Assembly (NCBI RefSeq): GCF_036321535.1
Contig: NC_087436.1
Coordinates: forward strand, 74,030,001 to 74,094,000
Source: Camelus dromedarius
Taxonomy: Eukaryota
Length of the DNA: 64,000 bases
Direction of reading: 5' to 3'
The translations under genes were made by a program, and so were the position numbers. Shown here piece after piece: positions 12,621-24,347 of this stretch (positions are counted from its first letter, which is position 1; every line of letters starts with the position of its first letter). The notes under the pieces are model-generated. The model worked only from the letters and a program-made list of their open reading frames with translations, was not told where the DNA came from and ran no database searches.

Positions 12621-14079
12621 TACCTTATCACCTAGATTCATCTTATTTTTCCTGGGGACCCTGTGGGCTTAGATTTTTAAAATATCCATCCATAGCTGTA
12701 TCTACCTATTTATACTCTATTTAATAGAATAATAATCAATTAGAAAATAGCCATTATATTATGGCCCCTAAAATATAACACCAAGACATAATTGTGAATA
12801 AGCAGCAATATGGAGGCAGCCTTTCAATCTTTATTGAAATTATACCAGGGGCTGAAGTTAGGCTCATTCTTGATTTCCTCTCAGAATATTAATTTCTACC
12901 ACGATTTAACTGCAACCTCCCTGTGAGGGATTTCCAATATCTCCAGCCCTGATATTCTTCTTAAAGTATAGACCCCCAGTCCCAACTTCCTGCTAGTATC
13001 TCAAATTGAACCCATCTCAGCCGACTTACCATCTTCCTCCCTCGTCCCTACTGGTTCTGCTTTTTTTGGTTGTTGTTGTTCCCACCTTCCTAGGCTCAAA
13101 GGTCTTCCACACGGAGGCAAAAACATTATTTTGCAACTGTATAGTGATAAACACAGTATTGTTAATGCTATAAGTATATTTTTAGAATGTGTGACTGTAG
13201 ACTTTTAACAAATATGGCAGTGAGTGGAGTTTCCTTTGAAAGCAGCAACATAGTAATCAGAGTCGACGTTTAAGTTTAGAAAAGCCAAATAAATAATGTT
13301 CCTTAAAAATGTTGCATGATACATCTGATAAAATGCAAAAAGAATTCTGAAGAGTTGGGAAGAATTGTCTTTTTAAATTATATTTTTAATAAATGAAATA
13401 GCAATTGATAACAATAATAAACCTTCATTAAGAGCCTTCTAGGTATCAGAAATGAGTAGTGGAACTTGCATCCTAGGACTTTATACATCTTCTGGAATTT
13501 CATTCATTAGCACATTGATAAAAATTTTGATGGATGAAGCAGTAGCTGAAGTTATCAGTGAGGAAATAAAATGTTCAAGGATTTTCATATAAAATCACTC
13601 TATTGGCTTGAGAGTTTGTAAAATTTAAGGACAGCCTATGTATGACATCAAGTTTTACTTTGACAAAAGGAAATGGAATAATTCTAAATTTTTCAACGAA
13701 ATTTTGACTGTTAAAATATTAGATCTACAGTAGTCTTACAAGAACCAATTAGTAAGACAGAGTCCATAAAGGAAATGCTATTTTATATACTGACATTCAT
13801 TTTCTTAAAGATAGTTTTGCTATTACTTTTCATTGTTTTCATATTCATCTCAAGATTTGTTTTGTTATCTTAAGGCTGCTTGAATTGAGATCTATGTGTG
13901 GTTGTCAGTAACTACCGGTCTTTTAAAAAGCCCATCATTGACTCCCTAATTAGTGTAAGACATGAAATCTACTTGACAAAAAAGCAACATCTACATTGTG
14001 CTTAAAAAAAAAGCAGGTAGAATCTATACAAAGAAGATGATAATAATGCTGCAGACTGGGAATATATGAAGCTTTTAAT

Positions 14080-14940
14080 TCACTTACTCAACCAGTACTT
14101 TTTGAGGGACCACTCTGGGAATGTTCTAGGTGCCAGAAATTCAGCAGAGAACAAAGGACAATAAACTCTGCTTTCATGTAGTTTACATTCCAAAGAGAGG
14201 AAAGAGAAATTAAGTAGAACAAACCTGTGGTGGAATTAGATTAGTAGAATGTATTAGAATTGATGCCCTAAATTCTAAGGAGAAAGTAAAGCATAGGGAG
14301 TAGGGGTTGTAATTAAAATGGGGATTATCAGGGAAGGGTTTACAGGACAGATGACATTGTGTAAAGATCTGAAGTAGAGATGTTAGGTATATGGATGGAT
14401 TTTGGCAGCAAGGATGACTCTATGCAGGAAGCCAGGGTGGCTGAAGAAGGGAGAGAGAGAGATGAGCTCAGAGACACCCTGGGGGCAGATCCTGTAGTCT
14501 TAAAAGGTTTTTGCCAGGAGTTGTGGAGCAATTAAAGGGTCTTGAGCAGAGGCCCAGAAAATGGGCGTGTTTCAACAGGATTATTTAGATTGCTATTTGA
14601 AACTATGTAAGGGCTCAAAGGTGGAAGCAGGGAGAGCTGTGCAAGGTGACGGCAGTAATCCAGGTAAGAAATGATGGTGGCAGGCCCAGGGTGACACTCG
14701 CTGTGGAGAGAAGTAGAATTCTGAATATATTTTGAAGAGTGGCAGAATTTGCTACTGACTACTGTGAGAGGGGGTAAAAAGAAGAGTCAAGAACGACTCC
14801 AACTTTTTTAGGAACGGGAAAGGATGTGGTTGCCACTTTCCGAGATGAAGAAGTCGGAGCAAGTAGCCCGTCTGGGGACATCAGATTTGAGTGAATTGGA
14901 TTTGAGACATCTATTAGCAACCAGGAGGAGGTGCTGAGTT
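14080..14940. mobile_element. L2 LINE remnant
   Basis: Typical L2 3' phrases: gttctaggtgccagaaattcagcagagaacaaag, gtaatccaggtaagaaatgatggtgg, gagtcaagaacgactcc, tttgagacatctattag. Confidence 0.75.
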
Positions 14941-15559
14941 GGCGCGGTCTCCTCTCCCATCTTCCCTCTCCCCGCCTCTTGATGGTAGGGACTGCGACCT
15001 GCACCAAGGCGCTAGCACCAGTAAGTCTACTGGCCGGTCTTGCACCCCTTAGGGGCTGCTGTACCGTCGAACATGGGGCACATTTAAACGATTTGTCTTA
15101 CCAGAGGAGCTATTTTAGCTGTTATTCCAAGGCGGATATTTGCCAGCTGTGGTCGTAGCAGTTGGATGTAGGAGCGTGTAGGTCAAGGATAAGTCTCACT
15201 CTGCTGATACAAATATGGGAACCATTAGCTTGACGTTGGAATGTGAAGCCTTCAGATCAGCAGAGGAGTGAATTAAGAAAGAAATGTGTATAATTCTTAG
15301 TTTCCAGGGTTGTTTTGTGGGGATCAAATTAAACGCAACCATTAAACACCTGGCACACTGACAGCGCTTAGCAAAGATGGTTGCAGTTTTTATTGATAAA
15401 CCCATCCGTAGTAGCTTGCCTCTGTGTAACATCCAGTCCAATCAGGAGGGCGCGCATTTTGTGACAACCACGCATCCCAAAAGAGGTCGACTGGATGTGG
15501 CTGAGGTGACTGGCATTTAGAGATGGAAGGATCCTAGTCTGATTCTTTTCCTTTTACAG

Positions 15560-17130
15560 CAGGAGGCGGAAGCTTGCAGAAGCTAAGCGCAGCTAACCGA
15601 AGGCCAAACGCAGCCTCCACTGCGCCCGCTGTGCTCCTGGTCTACCCCATCCCATCCAGCCCGGCTGCCTCTCCAGATCCAGCTCCAGCTCCAGCCGCAG
15701 CCCCATGTGGTCGACACATATCGGCCCCTTCTGCGCTAAGTTTCTGGAAGCTTCGGTCTCTATCCGACCGCGCCACATCTAAGTGTCTGTGAAGAGGAGG
15801 AGGCGCCGAGGTGCCTGGCGCAGTCCCAGGCAGGGACTGCCTGACGGGCAGCTGGAGCGGGAAGGGGTAAGGCAGCGGGGCAGGTGCGGGTTTGCGCGGC
15901 GGAGCCGTTGCGCCCTTGGGTTCTTTCCGCTCGCGGGACGCACCTGAAACAGGGCGCCCGATACTCCAGGCCGCCGGCGACTGGCAGAATCGGGAAGGAA
16001 AATATTGGAGAAGGAGGGCGCTCGCGCGTCCGCCCAGCTGGAGCCTGAGGCTGCAGCCTCGGGGCGGGAAGCTGGGCGGGGCTGGGAAAGTTGAGTCCTA
16101 GTCGCGGAGGGCTGGGCTCCGAGCGGGAGCCCCCGCCGCCCGGGACCGTAAAAGGCTGGAGCGGGCTGGGTAGGTGTGGCTCCGCCTGCGTGACCTGAGC
16201 CCCCGTCTCGGTCGCCGTCGTCTCCCGCAGCTGCGGCCTCTCAGCCATGGGCGCCGTCTGGTCCGCCCTGCTGGTTGGAGGGGGTCTGGCCGGAGCGCTT
16301 TTCGTTTGGCTGCTGCGGGACACGGGAAAGGAGGGGGACGCGGAGCGGGGGAAGGACGCCTCTCCAGGGGAGGCTGCGGCTCCGGGAGGCGATAAGGGTG
16401 GCGGCGGCGGTCTGAGCCCTGGACCTTCTAGGCGGGAGCTGGTCACCAAACCAGGTATTCTTCCTCCCCGTGTCTCGAGGGGCAGATCTGCCAGGGGGGC
16501 TGTGAAGTTCACTGAGGGAGGAAAAGGCACACCTGGAGCTTTCCTAGCGGCCCATTCCCAAGGACTAGCTTCCTCTACCGGAGACAGGACCCTCTCCGCG
16601 GCCCGCATTTCCCCTGGCTGGTGCGCACGCGCCGGGCGGGGTTCTCGCCCTCCACCGAGGCCCTGGAGATGCCCTGGCGCTGCGTCCAAGGGCCGCGCCC
16701 CGCTGAGTCGCTGCCCTCGGCGCCCGCCCCTGAGGACTTGCACCGGCCCCTCCAGCGGGGATGGGCTCCTCCGCTTGGCGGCGCTTGGTGCAGTGCGGGC
16801 AGCTGCAGCGGCAGCACCCCTTCAGGGCCTTTGGAAAGGAGTGCTTAGGTCTAGGGGACCTACGACCCTCTCCAATTTCTGGCCCGACAGGGACCCTGTC
16901 TCAGTCCCAGTCCCACAGCATCATGTCTTCCCATCCCTCACCCCATGGAAGAGCCACGTTCGGGAACACTGGAGCAGTGAGCACCTCCCACTATCTGGAC
17001 GCTTCTGTCAGGGAGGCAAAGTTCAGGTTGGACTCTGGCCATGAAGGCCTCGGCTGAGTCCCTGGGGCTGCGCGCTGGCCGCCCGTATCAGAGCCGTCGG
17101 GCCTCCCCCATGCTCACCCCGGACGGTGCA
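15560..17130. promoter_or_regulatory. CpG island covering the STBD1 promoter, exon 1 and the start of intron 1
   Basis: Very GC- and CpG-rich; GC boxes GGGCGG near 16062 and 16075; TATA-like GTAAAAG near 16148; CCAAT at 15438. Confidence 0.85.
16247..16454 (+). CDS. STBD1: STBD1 coding exon 1 (N-terminal hydrophobic ER anchor)
   Basis: Kozak GCCATGG; MGAVWSALLVGGGLAGALFVWLLR matches the recalled STBD1 N-terminus; donor CCAG|gtattc at 16455; 208 nt, phase 1. Confidence 0.95.
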
Positions 17131-18322
17131 GGGTTGTCTGAAACCCCAGGGAAGAGGCACACTTAATAGGGGTGCTTAATAGAGGACCCGACTCCGATGA
17201 GTAGAACTGATATCTAGGTTTTCATCTCTATATTTTAGACCCTGCATGCTGGGCAAAGTGCACTGACAGAAAACCTTACTTTCCAGTGCCCTCCCTGGGC
17301 GAGCTGCCCATGCCTGAATGCTAGTCCAGTGGTGAAAATGACATCTGCAAACTTTTAGTGGAGTGGTGTTCATGTGTGCCTTTCCTGCGACTGGTTTTGG
17401 ATGAGCACAGATCCCATTTATCTTCTTTTTTGTGAAAGCCAGCCTCATGTATGTTGTAGGTTGAAAGATGGGAAACTCAGTAATTTTTATGTCTTACTTC
17501 CAACTCCACCATTAGAAAGAGACAAAATTAAACAAAACGTCCCTGTTCCCACCCCAAACCCCCATCTATACTGATTGTATGGTTGTGGAGATTTCCATCT
17601 TACAGAGAGCTATTTGGACCATCAAGGAGGTGGCCAAAAAGGAAACTGAGTCTTTAGGGAGCTTGGATTGTGTACTCTTAAGAATATGTATTTTTAAAGT
17701 ATACAATGGGAGGGGATATAAAAAGCTGAAGAAGTTTCTGATGCACATGGGATTGGCAGGGAGAATCCAGCCCTCTCCCTGACCCTCACCGCCATTTCTG
17801 GCCCAGGGACGCACTGCTGTCCTTTGAATTCTCCCACAGTGACAGCTGCAGCTAATCTGCCCGCACCTGTGAAAGCCAGTCCCTGACCTGCATGTAGTTC
17901 CTGGGGGTACGAGTGTACTCTTCTGGTTTACAGAGTAACCATCAGCTCTTCGCCACACAGGCTGGACAACATTTTTTGATGATAGGAGCCAAACTTGACT
18001 TGGTTGCACGCCAGTGTGGCCTGGACTGCGGAGATCCAGGACCGTGACAGGGTTACACTTCCGCTTCTCCAGCTTGCCACCTCATTTACACTCTTGTGCT
18101 GGTATACTGACACTCTTGGACGTGCATTTTATTATGGGATATGCATGTGTATTCTTAGAGCACAGTGTTGTGGCCATACTAGGTAGTTAAGTACTTGATT
18201 TTAATAGAGACAGTCTGTGAACTGCAGATAAGTTAGTAGCAAAGTCTTTAATAACTAAACATATTTTCTCAGCCTAACTTGATTCTTTCTCACATGAACT
18301 GCCTAACATTATTATATTTTTC

Positions 18323-18324
18323 AT

Positions 18325-18356
<32 letters not shown>

Positions 18357-18376
18357 ATTATTATTATTATTATTAT
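18323..18376. repeat. (ATT)n trinucleotide microsatellite with one interruption, abutting the STBD1 exon-2 acceptor
   Basis: Direct reading of the sequence. Confidence 0.95.
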
Positions 18377-18381
18377 TTTAG

Positions 18382-19244
18382 AGCATCTTCAAGAAAGCAA
18401 TGGACGTTTGGTTTCTGAGACCAAAGGCCCTGGTGACCTGCAAGCAGCAGCATGGAGACTGCAGAGTCCTTCTGGAGAAGGTGGTAACTGGGACAAGTCA
18501 AGAGCGCATGTTCCTTCTGGACAGTTTCCAGACTCAGAATCTCTAGCTACCTCAGGGACTGGTAATGCTCAAAGTCACTCTAATGTATCAAGACATAAAA
18601 GCCTTGGATCTCCCACAGGAGAACAGGGATTCCAAGAAGGCCAAAAGACACCTGCTAAAGCAGCTCCACATTCGGCAGAGAAGCTGCCTTCTAGCAACCT
18701 GTTCCTGGACAGAGCAAAAGAAGACATGAACCTTGCACAGCTGGACAGTCAGGCCCGGGCTGACCATGAGGACTGGGAGATGATGTCCCGGCACTCATCT
18801 TGGGGAGATGTTGGTCTGGGAGGCAGTCCTGAGGCTCCAGTGTTAAGCTCTAACCAGGGAAAGGACTATGGCAGAAGCACTCTTATGGAAGCGAGAGGTC
18901 AGGAAGTGGGTGTGAAACCAAAAAGGGCAGTAGCAGTGTCTGCAGAGTCTCGGCAGGTTAGCATCAGGTTCCAGGTCCATTATATCACAAATGCTGGTGT
19001 GCAGTTCATTGCAATAACTGGAGACCATGAGAGTCTTGGGAGGTGGAAGGCTTACATCCCACTCCAGGGTAGCAAGGATGGGCTCTGGTCTCGTTCTGTG
19101 TCCCTGCCAGCAGACACAGTGGTAGAATGGAAGTTCGTGGTGGTAGAGAATGGGGAAGTTAGTCGTTGGGAAGAATGCAACAATAGATTCTTAGAGACTG
19201 GCCATGAGGATAAAGTGCTTCACAAGTGGTGGGGGATTCACTGA
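18382..19244 (+). CDS. STBD1: STBD1 coding exon 2 (AIM/LIR motif HEDWEMM and C-terminal CBM20 domain); spliced protein 356 aa
   Basis: Acceptor ttttag|AGCAT in phase with exon 1 (G|AG = Glu); VSIRFQVHYIT...FIAITGDHESLGRW...WSRSVSLPADTVVEWKFVVVENGEVSRWEECNNR...HKWWGIH* is the CBM20; 208+863 = 1071 nt. Confidence 0.97.
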
Positions 19245-19322
19245 TGCAGTCTGCGAAGTACTGAAGAAGCTGTTGCAGAAAGTGGAAGAGGCTAAGGTTG
19301 TGGAGCACCCTGAATAATTTAA

Positions 19323-20333
19323 AATAAAGGAAATGTAGCTCCAAACCTAGCCATCAGAGTTGTTTCAAATTTGCTAGTGGCTTTTGTCTCATGTGTAGAT
19401 AATGCTTCCAGTGAGCCTGGACTTTTTTTCCCTGTGGTATCGATGGATGGGTTTATGCTGATCCATCATTTCTTTAGGGCTTGGTCGTCTTGGGGAGTGG
19501 CTGGCTAAGCTTCAGATGTGCACTGGTCAGGAACCACAGAAACTAACCAGCTGCACAGGATTTAGGCTTGAGCTTTTGGGAGATCCTTAAACTAGGGAAG
19601 TGAAACAAGCCTCATTCAAAAAGAGCTGATTTCCTATTGATACAGCTGGAGAAACACTCTCTGCTGCATACACATTTTATATTTAAAAGTAGTTAACACC
19701 ATATGGAACCGTTATTAGAAAATATCTGGTCACTAGATGTAATTAGTAAGGATATGAGGTAATGTATTAAGACTTCCCAATGTTTTTGCTTGATTTTACC
19801 TGCCACAGATGGTTTGAAGGTAGCAAGTATATTCTTGTCTTAATGATCGAAGGCTGGTGTAGAGACAAGGGGCCTAATCAGAATGTGCCAGCGGGAGCAG
19901 CCCAAGAGAAAGAGAAAAGGACGGGGGTTAAGGTGTAGGCTAAGCAAGGCGGCCTGAATGACACCTCTTCGAGGGCTGGGAGGTATAGGCCAGCCTGACT
20001 GCATGGTGGGATGCGCCGTCATGTACTCGTGGGGCCTCGTAGGACCACCTCTCCCACTGCCCCTCTCTCACACTAGATCTGGGCTGACACACGGCTGTTC
20101 TATAGCGATTGTTTCACCCTCCTCCTTCTCCTTTCATGCCAGAAGCTGTCTTGAGTAACAAAATTGTAACAGAACAGTGATACAGAAGTACATCTTTGCT
20201 CTAGGAAGAAATAAACATTTAAACTTTGCCATTATAACTGAAAAAATAATAAAACCTGAGTTTTAATATCTTTATTAAATGTCTGAATTATTTGTATAAA
20301 TCTTAGTACCATAGCAGTTAGATGTAAAATAAA
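19323..20333 (+). terminator. Candidate STBD1 polyadenylation signals: proximal AATAAA at 19323; distal cluster at 20210, 20248 and 20328
   Basis: AATAAA hexamers downstream of the stop codon; the site actually used cannot be determined from sequence. Confidence 0.6.
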
Positions 20334-21447
20334 ATTTTCTCCACTAAAGACACAGAAAAAAAGCAAACATTAAGAGGCATAGAAGTCTGCTTTTCTCCTT
20401 CCTTTAGAGAAAAAGTTTTAGAGTATTTATTTTAAAACTTTACCTGTGGAGGGATGCCTGTACTTGAAAATTAATTCTACATTTAAAAAAACCTTTTAAT
20501 AAGTGTAACATTTATTGGCAAAACAATGTTTAGTCCTGGTGACAGATGGTCTTTGTTGAAAAGAGCATAAACCCAACTGGAAAAGTGTTAGAAAGTGCGT
20601 AAAGAACTGTTTTTGGCTCATAGTATTTTTAATGTTAAATTCACATATACTTCTTACCTACTTCATAATGAATTTTATATTCTGCCAGTGAGGTCTCCAG
20701 AAGACATTTACCACTGCTGCACAGAATGCCCAAGCATATCTGTTAGGTAAAGCAATTCACAATAGAAATCTGTTTAAAGTTCTCACTAGTCATTTTATCA
20801 TTACCTGATGAAATAAAAATCTTTCAGTAAAGCCAATTGATTTAAGAGATACATATAATACTAAACTTCATATTTTAAAAACTCATTATTTAAAATTGGA
20901 CGTGCTTAGAGTGAGGAATAGGAGGGCTGGGGGAGGACTTGGGTCCTACTTAGCTTATTACCCGCAGTGGTTAGGCCGAACGCTACCTGCTGTCACAGAC
21001 ACCTCCGTGTCACGCGGTGGCAACAGCAGCAGGGCTGTTCCTGGCAGGAGGGCGGTTTTCCTTGCCCATCGCCACCCAGGCTCCTGTCCCATGGCTCTCC
21101 TGTCCCCCTAGCCATCGCTGTCCTCTGTAACCAGCTGGTGGAAGGAGAAATAAAGTAAGGAAAGACACCACGCTTACTAAAACTTTAGGCCAGAAAGTTC
21201 CAAGTACTGCTGTGTTCACGTGCCTCTAGTGAGACCTGGTCAGGTGGCCACATGCAGGTGGAGGCGAGGGGGGCTGGGGAACAGCCTCTGGCTGGGCAGC
21301 AGTTTCTCAGTGACATCTGTACTACAGAACAGAAGTACAGACTTCTGGGGGCAGGCTGGCTTCTGTGACATTGTTCCTGTTGTCTTTGGCACAACTGAAA
21401 CATTTCTGTATCTGTTCTTCTGGTCTCCTTTTATTTGGTTGACATCC

Positions 21448-22133
21448 TGTAGTATAATAAATATATTTCGTTTCTGTCCTTGGTTCCTGGCACAGAGCTC
21501 CTCAACCCCTTGGCATTTCCTGAGAGACAGGAGTGCCTTTTGTTATTCATAATAAAGCCCTTTAGGTCACCCTGAGTTTCTGCCAGTGAGGTGACTTAGG
21601 TGGGCCCCTAGATAGCCTCCGGCTAGGACTGGTCACCAGAAAGACCAAGTGGTTGGAAGCTTGTGACTTTCAGCTCCACAGGCTGAGCTCCGGGATGGGG
21701 AGGGGCCTGGAGATGAAGCTCCACAAAGACCCTTAAATGATGAGATTTAATGAGCTTCCAGTTGGAGAGCAAATCAACGGCATGGAAGCTCCACAGCACC
21801 ACCCCTTACCTTGCTCTGTGCATCTCTTCCATTTGGCTGGTCCTGAGTTATAGCCTTTATAATAAACTGTAATAGTAAGTAAAGCACTTTCCTGAGTTCT
21901 GTGATCATTTCTAGCAAGTTATTGAAACTTTAGAGGGGGGTGTGGGAACCCCCAGTTTGTAGCCAGTCAAAAAGTACAGGTGGCCTGGGACCTGGGGGCA
22001 GTCTTGTGGGACTGAGCCCTTAAGTCTGGAGACTCTGACACTAACTCCAGGCAGTGTCAGAACTGAACTGACTCACAGACACCCAGTTGGTGTCCACAGA
22101 GAATTGGTTATTGGTGCTGGAAAACACACCACA
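21448..22133 (+). mobile_element. MER21-like ERVL solo LTR between the 3' ends of STBD1 and CCDC158
   Basis: Starts TGT; ggttcctggcacagagctcct, gggcccctagatagc, aataaactgtaatagtaagtaaagcactttcctgagttctgtga, cagtcttgtgggactgagccctt. Confidence 0.75.
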
Positions 22134-22644
22134 TACAAATGCCACTAATTTATTAAAATCTAATTAAGGCAGACTGAATCCATTCAATCTGCAGAAGATA
22201 CCAACTGGCTAAAGAATAATAAACTTTTTCTTTCTTTCTTTATAGTTATTAATATGTAAAAAAAGAAACTTTTCCAAAAGTTTTCATCAGGGGCCCCAAT
22301 GTTTTGTTGTGTGATTACATTCACTGATATTGACAGAACAGTGAGTTCAGGGTCACAAAAGGAATCCCTGTCAGTACCTTGGAGTTTGTCCTTCTGGGCA
22401 TGATACCCCATCTTTCACTTTCATGTGAAAGCAGTTTTTAAGCTGAAAAAAAAGAAAAGGACTATTGCCTCAGCACCAGTAAAGATAACGTAAAACACGT
22501 AGTTATTCCAACACACTGGTATTAGCACAAATTAACACCTACAAGGTATGAACACTTTCACATCTGGCTAGTACTGCTTGAAGTTTTACTGTGAGAGCAT
22601 TCAAGAATAGTTTGTTTCAAAATAGTTTACAGGATAGGGTATCT

Positions 22645-22650
22645 TTTATT
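22645..22650 (-). terminator. CCDC158 poly(A) signal AATAAA
   Basis: TTTATT on the + strand, about 100 nt past the stop codon. Confidence 0.7.
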
Positions 22651-22749
22651 AAATTTTCACATAAAAAGAAAAAAGTACACAGGGCACTAATTATACGTAA
22701 CACCACAATTAATTGGGCATCACCTCTCTGTAAATAGGCAAGCAATGTA

Positions 22750-22826
22750 TCATTTTAGTAACATTTTTTCCTGGTCTTTCACTTTCTGTATCCTCTTTTC
22801 TTGATTTCTGATCATTGAAGACATTG
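22750..22826 (-). CDS. CCDC158: CCDC158 last coding exon: (A)MSSMIRNQEKRIQKVKDQEKMLLK*
   Basis: Acceptor attttcag|CA; phase 1; ends TGA; matches the recalled CCDC158 C-terminus. Confidence 0.93.
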
Positions 22827-23849
22827 CTGAAAATGTTGATAAAACAGTTAGAAAACAACATTTACTCAGGCTTTAAATTCCATAATGTGCCTCTTAAAAG
22901 GTCAGCTTGCTACTATAAACACATTCTGAGCTTAAGAAGTTCTTACCAATTGTAAAGTAGCGTATTTTTTAAAAGACTGAAGTCATGAAACAGAGATAAG
23001 GGCAGATCTTTGCTCTTTCAGCTGTTTTAAATGAGCATGATTATCATTATTACAGAAGTAATACACACTAATTGTAAATAATCTGAACACCTCAGGAGGG
23101 TACAAAGAGAGATAAAGGTCATTCTATGCCTCTGTTCCCCCAACCTGTTGAACCTCCCCTCCCCAGGTCATCACTGTAAACCCTTCGGCATATTCACATG
23201 TACACACACACACAAGTCTTCTTTACACAAATGGAAATATGTGGTATAAATTGTTCTGTAGCTTGTTTTACTCAACAAAATGTCAACATCTTTCCAGTTC
23301 AGCTCATGTTTTGTTATGACTGCACAGTATTTCATTATGTGGATGTACCAACATGTTAGTAAATACATTTTTAAAAGTTGCTTTCTTATTCTTGTTTATA
23401 AATAATGCTATAGGACATATGTCTGTAAACAGACTTTTATGTGTGTGTGCAATTTTTCTTGCAGAATATATTGCTTGAAGTGGAGTTTCTGGGTCAAAGA
23501 ATATGTGCCACTTTAAATTTTGATAAATGCTCCAAAAGTTCTCTCCAAAATATTTGTTTTATAATTTCCAAGAGATATTCCAGCCAGACAATGCAACCAA
23601 CAAAAAGTTTTTTAAAAAAATTTTAAACAAATACAACACATCTTCCATTTGGATTATTACATGATAGGATTACTCAGATAAAGTCAGAAATATAAGTCAA
23701 AGTGTGAATAAAAATGGTGTCAGTAAGATAATGCATCCTCCTTAAAAAGCTTACAATAGACTTAAAATGAAATGTTTTCCTTTATGTTTATATACACAGA
23801 GATCTGGAATTACCATAAAGAATTTGTAATTTTCTTTAATAACAATTTG

Positions 23850-24080
23850 GTATAGCTTTAGTATATTAAAAAGTGTGGATTCTGGACTCAGAAATTGCAG
23901 AGATCAAGCCTCAGCTCTACTACTCATTGTGTGACTTAGAACTTGCTGCCAGTGACTCTTAGCTACCTCATTACCAAATGACGTGATCCTAGTGCCCACC
24001 TCCTGGTGTTGTGAAGCTCATAAGTTAAGGCACTGAGTACAGGGCCTGGCACATAGCTGATAAGTGCTCAGTATTAATCC
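23850..24080 (+). mobile_element. MIR SINE
   Basis: gtggattctggactcaga...cctcagctctactactc...tgtgactt...gggcctggcacatag...taagtgctcagta. Confidence 0.7.
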
Positions 24081-24239
24081 AAGGGTTAGTCATGCTTAAG
24101 ACCCTCATATTTTGACCAAGGATTATGAATTGCTTATTCAATATCCATTTCGGTTGGTCCACAGATAGGAGGCCTAACCTGAAGGGAAGGTGGGTATTCT
24201 TTTCAGCAAGGAAGATTGCTCCAAAAATGTTCACCATAC

Positions 24240-24347
24240 CTTGGTTCTTCATCTGTAAATCTTCTACCAGAGTCTGCAAGCTTTCCAGTCTGTTCTGAAG
24301 CTTCCTGCATGTTTTTCCGGTTGTTTCTATTGGCTGAGACTGTGAAG
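24240..24347 (-). CDS. CCDC158: CCDC158 exon: (A)SQSQPIETTGKTCRKLQNRLESLQTLVEDLQMKNQ
   Basis: ctaatag|CT ... CAAG|gtatgg; 108 nt, phase 1-1. Confidence 0.93.

Noticed and set aside
15438..15472. ER-stress element (CCAAT ... CCACG) upstream of STBD1
   Set aside because: Spacing is 25 nt rather than the 9 nt of a canonical ERSE
1..15500. FAM47E exons, expected upstream by recalled synteny
   Set aside because: No segment with a recognisable FAM47-like translation found; the gene presumably ends before the window
15760..16743. 327-aa minus-strand ORF
   Set aside because: Pro/Ala/Arg/Gly-rich, no domain-like features, antisense to STBD1 exon 1 inside a CpG island where stop codons are rare
16455..17044. 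Extension of STBD1 exon 1 to a 265-aa ORF
   Set aside because: Read-through of the donor at 16455 into GC-rich intron; STBD1 similarity resumes only at 18382
18279..18381. Poly-Leu/Ile signal peptide at the start of the 321-aa ORF
   Set aside because: Translation of the intronic (ATT)n repeat from a non-ATG start, upstream of the real acceptor
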